Source: Chrysomallon squamiferum (taxonomy: Eukaryota > Animalia > Mollusca). From it: DNA of 64,000 nt. The notes under the pieces were generated by a model. That model ran no database searches. It saw nothing but the letters and a program-made list of their open reading frames with translations, and was not told the origin of the DNA. The stretch spans positions 18,538,001-18,602,000 of the forward strand of contig CM022679.1 of the NCBI GenBank assembly GCA_012295275.1, read 5' to 3'. Shown here piece after piece: positions 55,853-64,000 of the stretch (within the stretch, counting starts at the first letter, position 1; each line of letters starts with the position of its first letter). The translations under genes and the position numbers were made by a program.

Positions 55853-57683
55853 ACATATAGATAATGTATGCATGATATATTCGTACTTACAAAACAACAG
55901 AAAAGATGGTATCCTTTTTACTACTCTTTTAAATCTTTGACACAGTTTTTGGTTGGGTAAAGTGTAAACACTTGTTACCACAAAATAACCCTTGTAGCCC
56001 TTTTATCACTTGACATGTGGCTTTTCCCCAACCCTGCTAGATATGTATATATCAGCTGAGTCAATTAAGTAAATATATTTTTTAGATTAAAATATTATTT
56101 TTGCATGGAATGAATAAATAAATAAACACACACAAACACACACACACACACACACACACACTAATTATTGTAAAAGATAAATAATACTGAATTATTTTTT
56201 AAATAAACATAAAAGTTAATCTAGAAATTTAACCAAATTCCCCTTATAAGTGGAATATTTTCCATAATTTTTTTCTGTTTATCAGGGTTTTAAAGTTGCA
56301 TATATTGTGTTCAAGAATGCACATGCTGTGTCGAAGGCTGTTGAATTGCCATTTGATGAAGTCTTTCTTATTGAGACAGAAAACTCTCACTTAAACACTG
56401 GAATAGCAGGTTAGAAAATTTGAAAATAAACCGTATTTCATTTTGATTTATTCTACAGTTATTTTTATTTTATCTATTATTTCATACTTATTTTGTTTTT
56501 GTTTTATTTTTTTTGGTTCAAATTATTAAAGTAATTATCTTTTAAAACTTATTAGAATCATTATTTTTAACATTCAGAATAATGTTTACTTGCATATTCT
56601 CATTATTACATTTTCATCATAGTTTTTATTTTTATGATTACTTCAGAATGGTGTCAGCAGTATGAGGATAGTATTGTTGATATAGACAGGATGCAGAAAG
56701 AGATCAATATCTTCATGATAGAGTTTGACAAGAAAATCGAAGAGGTAAATCAACTTGTTAATGCAAACTGTAGCTTATATTTCTTAATAATATTTAAGGT
56801 GAAAATTAAAAAGACTTTTTATTTTATGTTCTTCTTTAAACATGAATTAAAAATCATTTTGTTGTATAATTCCTCAATCATTGATTATTCACCATTTCAT
56901 GTATTCTTTTTTTTATTCATTCATTAAGGACAAGCAGAAAGCGAAGGATACAGAAGGTGTACCTGATGAAGAAGGTTGGATCACAGTCAGTCGCCATAGC
57001 AACAAAGTAGTTCCAAGAACTGAGGCAAATGAAAAAAAATTTAAGACTAAAGAAAGAAAGAAGAGGAAGGAAAAGGTAACTGCAGTTTTGGGGATATTTG
57101 AAAATGAACTAAATTCTGTTTTAAAGAACATTATTCTTAATTAAGAATTTAATGTCATAAAAAGAATTACAGAAAATAGTATAATCTAGTTGTTATGAAA
57201 TGGTTAATTTATTTTTGACTGTGTTTTCAGACTCTATATTTGTATATCTCTTTTGTGTAACAGCAGAACTTTTTATTGTAGATAGATCTGCATTATTTGC
57301 TGTTTAAAACAAAAATATTTATTTTGTTTCAGGAACTTTTACATTTTTACAGCTTTCAAGTACAACAAACAAAACAGCAACGTAAGTTTTAAACAGTGTC
57401 ATTTTTTTATTATTAACTTTTCTTCAATTAAAAAGGTTTTGAGGTACATACTTTTTGACTATTTTTGTTTTTACTTTTTTTGCATGTAAAATTAATTAAA
57501 TAATCTTCATAGATAACTTTAAATGATTTTGTTAAACTGACATTAGTGTATAATTTATTATTTTGAAATTCTATTGCATATATTTTTATTTGAATAGAAA
57601 TTGATACTCTTCGTCAGAAGTTTGAAGAAGACAAACAAAGAATTGCCTTGATGAAAGCTTCAAGAAAATTCCGTCCATATTGA
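52879..57683 (+). CDS. RRP7A: Ribosomal RNA-processing protein 7 homolog A; about 272 aa, 8 exons
   Basis: Exons 52879-52927, 53039-53178, 55161-55286, 56286-56409, 56647-56744, 56929-57075, 57333-57381, 57598-57683 (819 nt). Motifs TLFVINIPPYCT, GFKVAYIVF, GVPDEEGWITV, LLHFYSFQ, LRQKFEEDKQRIALMKASRKFRPY. Confidence 0.95.
53640..53835 (-). mobile_element. LINE (CR1/L2-group-like) ORF2 3' end fragment
   Basis: EDEFHFASKCLFYNDIRLSYLKKYLYTRPSTFNIINLLSS matches the EDE.HF...C..Y.D.R C-terminal motif of non-LTR ORF2. Confidence 0.75.
53838..53883. repeat. (CA)n microsatellite
   Basis: Read directly from the sequence. Confidence 0.95.
54095..54470 (-). mobile_element. MULE (Mutator) transposase N-terminal relic with FLYWCH-like zinc finger
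   Basis: With frameshifts: YW...CRAYVVT...HNH...AKMETMPVPKIYAEE...IPRFSAIKTILY*QQHKNLP...PQTRRDI. Confidence 0.7.
55725..55850. repeat. (TA)n and (GT)n microsatellites
   Basis: (TA)n at about 55725-55755 and (GT)n at about 55800-55850. Confidence 0.9.
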
Positions 57684-58189
57684 TTATAATTATAATAAAA
57701 ACATTTCCTATTAACTGAAGTGTTACATTTTCTTTATAATTTTGTAATATATAAGGTTTATTGATTGACTAACATCTGTGCTTTGTCACTTAGTGGTTTT
57801 AACGTAAAAAAAAAAAGTTTTCATTTTTTTAAAGAAATAAGCTGTTATGTGAAGAAGCTAATTTAAGATAACTGTCTTTAAATATTTTTGCAATTTTTAA
57901 TTTTTTATTATTTATTTAATTTTGTAAATGTAAACCACAAACAGTATATATAAAAAAAATTAAATCAAAATTAAAACAAAAAGTATATCATCTCTTTATA
58001 GCACATTTCCTATAGTACTACTGTCAAATTGCAAACCATACTTTCTTGTCCAAGGTAAGAAATTTATGTTTAGAATTTCATTTCAATTTTAATAGAAACT
58101 TCATTTAATGAAAACACTTACTATATTCCATTTATAGATACGGAAAATGAATGGTAATTAAGAGAGAATTCATTTCAAACCTCATAGAG

Positions 58190-58740
58190 GATTATAAGAA
58201 TATTATATAAAAACCCTGGGTAATTTCTGCAGTGTTATACAGCCATATTTCTTCAACCTGGTCCATTGGCATAAGTGGGTGGAATTAGACCAATAATCTG
58301 AATCTTCTTCCATAGAGTTTTGGCATTGTGGAATAAGCATCCCTATATCTGGTTACCCTCAAAAACATCTGTGAAAACATTGGTGACAGCTTTCTAAAAG
58401 TCAATTCAGAAAACCTGTGGCTCCAGATTGAAGTTGTTTCTGCTTAGCCTTCAACAGTTGGAAGGTTGTTGCGTATACAGCTCATCTTATTTAGTAGGAA
58501 CATGTGGACAAGAGGGTACATGATGCTTAGGCATGAAGAGTGTATTTATGAGAAATAGTTACGGCGATGAATAGGTTTTGTCAGCATAAACAATATCTGC
58601 TTTGATAGACATTCCATGTTCTTGATAGTTTGTGAAAATAAGGAGTTTGTTGTCTCTCTATGGTTGTTTACAGAAATTAATCCTATCCATTTGTAAATGT
58701 CCATGAATCTCTAAGACAGCTTCAGATCACCCACACAGTC
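58190..58740 (-). mobile_element. MULE (Mutator) transposase catalytic-domain relic
   Basis: LSKADIVYADKTYSSP...YTLHA, MYPLVH, LEPQVF*IDF.KAVTNVF...GCLFHNAKTLWKKIQIIGL, MPMDQVEEIW. Degraded by stops and indels. Confidence 0.82.
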
Positions 58741-59823
58741 TAGTGAGCATTATAAATTAGATCAAGTGGTAAAAATTGTAATCCTCTCTTAAGATTAAGT
58801 GGGAAAACTTATTTGTGGGAAATTAGATCAAGTGGGTGGAAACCATTTAACCATGAACCACAGAAAAAACAAAGAAAGTGGGAAAGTTAAGTGAAAATGT
58901 TGACTCTTAATAGGTTTGGAAACCTGAAATTAGCAATATTTTCATTTAATCAAATAAATATTGAAACAAATTTGGTATAATGGTTTGTTTTGATATAATG
59001 TTTTCATATGTTTTATTTAAGTTTTGTTTTAATAACTGATAAAGTGGTAACACGCATTATTTCTGATAACCTCCTTCCAATCAAAATAAGAAAGAAGATG
59101 CTGTTTTTGTAACTTATCTTGAATGAATGTGTTGAAAATAATTCTTGTAAGATTGAGTATTAATGTTTTCTGAAACGTTTTGAAGTAATCATTGTCATTG
59201 ATAATAGGATAGTTGCTCACCAGACATTTGTCCACTTGACATTTGCTTGCCCAAAAAGAAATGGATCATAAAAACAAAATTTACTATGAAATCTGAAAAA
59301 GAATGAATAATTCCAGAACAATCCACAGCTGACAGAATAATGATTTCCTAATTTATATTCTTAGTATATGATGAGCCAAGAACAGAACTTGGAGTGATTC
59401 AATATTCAGCAGTTATTCTTAATTCCCAGCAGTGCAAGTTACAATTGAATAATGTCTTATTTGTAATTTTAGAGTGAAAAACACTATTGGAAGTTACTGT
59501 GACACAGCCAATTCTTTTGGTAATACATTTGGCTGATGCATACAATTTTCATTTAGTTTAATTCTCACTTAAGTAATTACCTAATATAGTGTGATAGTAA
59601 TATAGTAATAATTTTTAAAATTTGTATACCATATTGAGTAAACATATCCACATAAGTATGGATATATGTACACGTTTCAAATGTTCAACAGGCATAAATA
59701 AAGATCACATTTGTCTTATCTAAAGTGGCTCATTTTATTGGCATGGTGTAGTTAACACCTGTTTCTTCACATTCGATTTTCTGTAAGTGTTTGGCAAAAC
59801 CTTTTTATCTTTTTATATTCAAA

Positions 59824-60143
59824 ATGTTACTTGTTTTGACTTTTTGTTTAATAACCATAACCATAGCTCAGTCACCATCCTTGAGATGTTGTGTTGATAA
59901 ACAATATCATTTGACAATGGGTCAAACAGGAGGATCATGGCTTACAAACAAAGGAAATTCCAGATATCATTCATTAATTGTAAGTCTTTTTTACCTTGTA
60001 TAAAGTCATGTATTACTTTAAAATTCACTGTTAAAAATATAATTCATAATACTAATTAATGAATTTTGTTTCAAATTATTATTATATACTAAGATGAATT
60101 TGAATTTTTGATCTTTATTGTGTGTGTGTGTGTGTGTGTGTGT

Positions 60144-60176
<33 letters not shown>

Positions 60177-60772
60177 TTAAGAAAAGAAATGTTATAATTA
60201 AACATCAATAACACTTCGATCTGTCATATAGGCCTTTGCTATACTGTTCTTTCATTATTATTTTATCTTGACAGGGTTACAGTGAGCTGTATTTCGATGA
60301 TTACAGAAAGATGTCTGTTATTGAACAATTTGTTGACCAACCAGATGGTAGTGTTAAGAAAACATTAATATATAATGATTTTCCTAAGGTATAAATAAAG
60401 TTTATAAATCTAATTAATGACATATTTGAATTAGTCATTAGTAGATACTGAAAAAATCTGTCTCAAAACTTCTATAATAAATCAATCTGTAATCAGTCTA
60501 TCTAATTTGCCTTGAGATGCTCAAATGGTAAACTGATAAAATAAGAATAGAATGTCTTAGTGAAACCAACAAATTACTTTAGAATGAAAAATAAGATAAT
60601 AAAATAGGTAAAACATTTTGTACCTTGTCTTGAATTAAAATTAAGACATTATTTTTAAAAATTTATATTTTTCTGCTACAAATCATTCAAAATCCTTTTG
60701 AATAAAAAATAAACAAGATTGGAATTTTTTTTTTTTTTTAAATTATAAAATAAATAAAGCAGATAAAAGAGT

Positions 60773-60853
<81 letters not shown>

Positions 60854-62892
60854 GCAGTAGTAGTAGTAGTAATAGTAATGCTGCTGATAATATTTTCATA
60901 TTTTATGTCATTTCTTTTCTTTTCTTTCTTTGTTTCATATGTATGTAATATTTTGTATTCGGTGTGTTGGATTTTGATCTCGTTTTGAAGTGTTGTGTAA
61001 TATGTTGTATTACAAAACGAGAGAGCAAAATATTAATATGTTATATTATGGCTATATTTTGTAACATTACACTAATTTTTATTTAAACAGAATATGCAAT
61101 ATGTTTTCTCAGATGGAAAATGCTGGGTGGAGAGATCATTTTTTCCATACAGAGGTCCCTGTATCCCAGGTAAATAATATCAAATCTTACTACATATTAA
61201 AAACAATTACTTAAATGATATAACCTTTTATTTTCCTTATTTTAGAAGGCTGAAATATGATACTGATATTAATTACCATGTATATTTATTTATTTAATAT
61301 CACTGTTAAAGAATGATTTATTATGGACATATTTTAACAGAGGAGGTTAAAATTATTTGAACATTTTATATCTGTATGACTTTCATAATTTTAAAATATT
61401 AAATATGTTTTGTCGTAACTGGTTAAAAACCCCACATTAGCATAACTAATAATATTATGTTGTTGCTTTTGGTGATTAATCTTTCTGATAATGATTTGTT
61501 TTAAAATAAAGATGATGCTGTTTATCTTGGATCAACCTACATTGGTTATGGTCCAAGTGAAATACCTGTTACTAAATGGGAGTATGTTGTACCAGCTGCC
61601 AATCACATGATTAAATTTTCTGTCTCCAAAGATGGCTGTATTCCCATCACAGATACTATATATGGACACTGGAAGCTTGACAATGGTGAGACTAGTAAGT
61701 ATGAGTTTCATTTTTATCATGTTGTCTTTTTGCTCATGCAAGCTGAAAATAAACTGGTTACATGAAGCTGATATTTAAGGTGTTTTCAATAATTGTAATC
61801 AAAATATTCCTTTAATTAGACTCAATGATAGTGGTTTTAAACTGCTCTATAATGATGTTATATATATACCGGAAAGAAACAACCATTCTAAAAGGACTTT
61901 AGTATCTGAAGGAACATACTTGAAGGTGTCAGACTCTTATCAACTATTTTCATGAAAGCTGTTTCTCTGGATCATACGTCCGAATCAGGCATCCAATTGT
62001 TACCATCTGTGGAGTATTCTAAATCAATAGTATTTGCAATTCTTGGAACAATAGATGCCATTCACTTTGAAAGAAATAGAATGAGGCGCAAGCAGACATT
62101 CTGCTAGATTCTCATGCACAGACACTCAGAAAGTGTTCAGCAATGCAGAAGCTGTACCATATCTATGCAGGAACCCACAATGGCCACATGTTAACTGTAG
62201 AGAAACTGAAAGGAATAGTGCATTGTATTCTGTGGAATCTAATTTTATAAAGAATATATATTTATAAAATTAATAAATATATAATTAATGAATCAATCAG
62301 GTTTTTACTGGTGTTATTTTTGTTTTTTTTTGTTTTTTTATAAAATTTTGTTCAAAGTTTGAAATGTGACAAATTGGATTTCACTATATAAAGATATACA
62401 TGATATTCAAAATTGTAACTGAAATTAAATTGATCAGTATTAAAAGACTTTGAATATCGTCATTTAAGAAATTATTCATTATTTAAGATAATATTAAGCC
62501 TTTAATTCAGAAATAAAGAATAGTATCAAATACAAAATTTGTGATTATCACTTCTAGTCTCATTCTGTAATTGAAATGTACTTATATTTCCTCTTCAGTG
62601 AGCTTGGAATTAACATTTCTGATGTCGAATTTCAAACCAGGAATTAGTGACCCTAGCATCTTTGAGCTACCTGTTCAGTGTCATAATGCAACTGTAAGTT
62701 TAATGACAGTGGATTGTATTTGAATTATGATTAAATTATTTTATAATTTATGCATTAATGTAACTTGTTAATAATAGTTAATGAATTTTGTTCAAGTAGC
62801 TTGGATTTGAGAGAGAGAGAAAGATATATATATATATTAGTTTCTTTAATTTATTTTTATTTATTTTTCAGCACATACCTGGACCCATTTAA
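59824..62892 (+). CDS. Ependymin-related protein (EPDR family), with signal peptide; about 212-215 aa, 6 exons
   Basis: Exons 59824-59979, 60275-60388, 61091-61169, 61512-61685 (or -61694), 62599-62693, 62872-62892. Signal peptide followed by CC, then PCIPDDAVYLGSTYIG, W, DGCIPI and NFKPGISDPSIFELPVQC, all typical of invertebrate ependymins. Confidence 0.88.
60119..60176. repeat. (GT)n(GA)n microsatellite
   Basis: Read directly from the sequence. Confidence 0.9.
60774..60878. repeat. (AAT)n/(AGT)n microsatellite
   Basis: Read directly from the sequence. Confidence 0.95.
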
Positions 62893-63563
62893 TAAAATAT
62901 TAAATCGTTGAAAATCGTTGTGCTGTGTATTATTATTATTATATATATATATATATTTTTTTTTTTTTGAATATTATAAATTTACAATTTAAATTATATC
63001 TTTAACATTAATGTTTTTATTTAAGAACTTCCTATGCAAAATTGTGAACATTTACACATTGCACCAGGAACTGCATATTTGATCAATTATAAAGAGATGT
63101 TATAACAATTGCAAAATCTAGTTTGATTCAGCTACAGCAGTTATTGTATTAGATAAATAAAACAATATAAAATTAAACAACAAAATAATATAGAAAATAA
63201 GTTTATTGAATTATTTAAAACAGCTGGAATAGGCTGGACAGAAATTATCTTGTTATATTTAGTTTTAAAAGAGTTATAGTTTAGTCAAACATTAAAAAAT
63301 AATAAAAATGTTACAGATTTATGAATATGGTGCACATTAATCTTGTAAAATGAGTTACAAAAGGACTGCCCATCAAAAAAATTAAAGTTGAAAAATATGT
63401 CAATACAGTTTATTTTTACAAAATATACACATGGTCTTATGCTTTGTATTACTTTTTCTATATATTGTTTAGTTTATTCACAATTTATTTTAAATTATTT
63501 ATTCACTATGATGTGTTACATAATAATTATTTTTCATGTTATTCTGTATCTGTTGTACACAGT

Positions 63564-63897
63564 CTATTCAGTAAATAGAAGGTTGAAAGCAGTTAAAGCT
63601 CTTTGTGTTCGTTCTGGAATTGCCTGAAAATATAATTAACATAATTAGTTTTAAAATCAGTATCTGTCACATATTATGATTATGCACAAAATTAAGTAAA
63701 TTAAAAACATTAAAATTTAAAGAAAATAAATTTAAATGTAAATATTTATCTATTATATCCAAAATGCAAAAAACAAGGACAGAAGTTTACCTCATCTGAT
63801 GACATGATCTCACAGTTAGTTGGAAAGCTATCGAAGATAGCAGGTTTGCTCAAGCCAGGTTGAAAGTTTGTCATAAAAAATACAAGATCCACCTTTG
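63564..63897 (-). CDS. Second ependymin-related protein, last two exons (5'-partial)
   Basis: Exon 63897-63791 encodes KVDLVFFMTNFQPGLSKPAIFDSFPTNCEIMSSDE, paralogous to and in the same phase as exon 5 of the + strand copy. Exon 63623-63564 encodes AIPERTQRALTAFNLLFTE*. Confidence 0.8.
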
Positions 63898-64000
63898 CTG
63901 TTGATAAACAAACTATAATATATATTTTCTTTTTCTTTTAGTATGTTTAGATAAGTATATTATTATAGAGTTGTTAATCAGTATAAAATGTAACTATTAG

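Noticed and set aside
59000-59520. ORF 59029-59235 as a LINE remnant or gene
   Set aside because: No recognisable domain motif.

Overview
AT-rich, intron-rich animal genomic DNA, most consistent with a mollusc or other lophotrochozoan (inference from the ependymin-related paralogs and repeat types). Most ORFs in the supplied track are spurious, so genes were rebuilt by hand from splice sites. Gene order: 3' part of hexosaminidase D (HEXD/HEXDC, +); prosaposin-like gene (-, one SapA and five SapB domains); REXO5-like DEDDh exonuclease (+); NAA60 (-); RRP7A (+); an ependymin-related gene (+); and the 3' end of a second, convergent ependymin-related gene (-). PSAP/REXO5 and NAA60/RRP7A are head-to-head pairs. 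Introns hold decayed DNA transposons (THAP/PIF-Harbinger, SPIN/GTF2IRD2-like hAT, ZnF-TTF hAT, MULE/FLYWCH, Tigger/pogo MITE, other MITEs), LINE ends and microsatellites. Most notable: a U12-type AT-AC intron in NAA60, a +1 frameshift in NAA60 coding exon 4 with a possible rescuing acceptor, a palindromic double M-box/CLEAR-like prosaposin promoter, triplicated phase-0 saposin exon cassettes, and a near-perfect 59-bp intronic hairpin. I found no clearly new multi-gene system.
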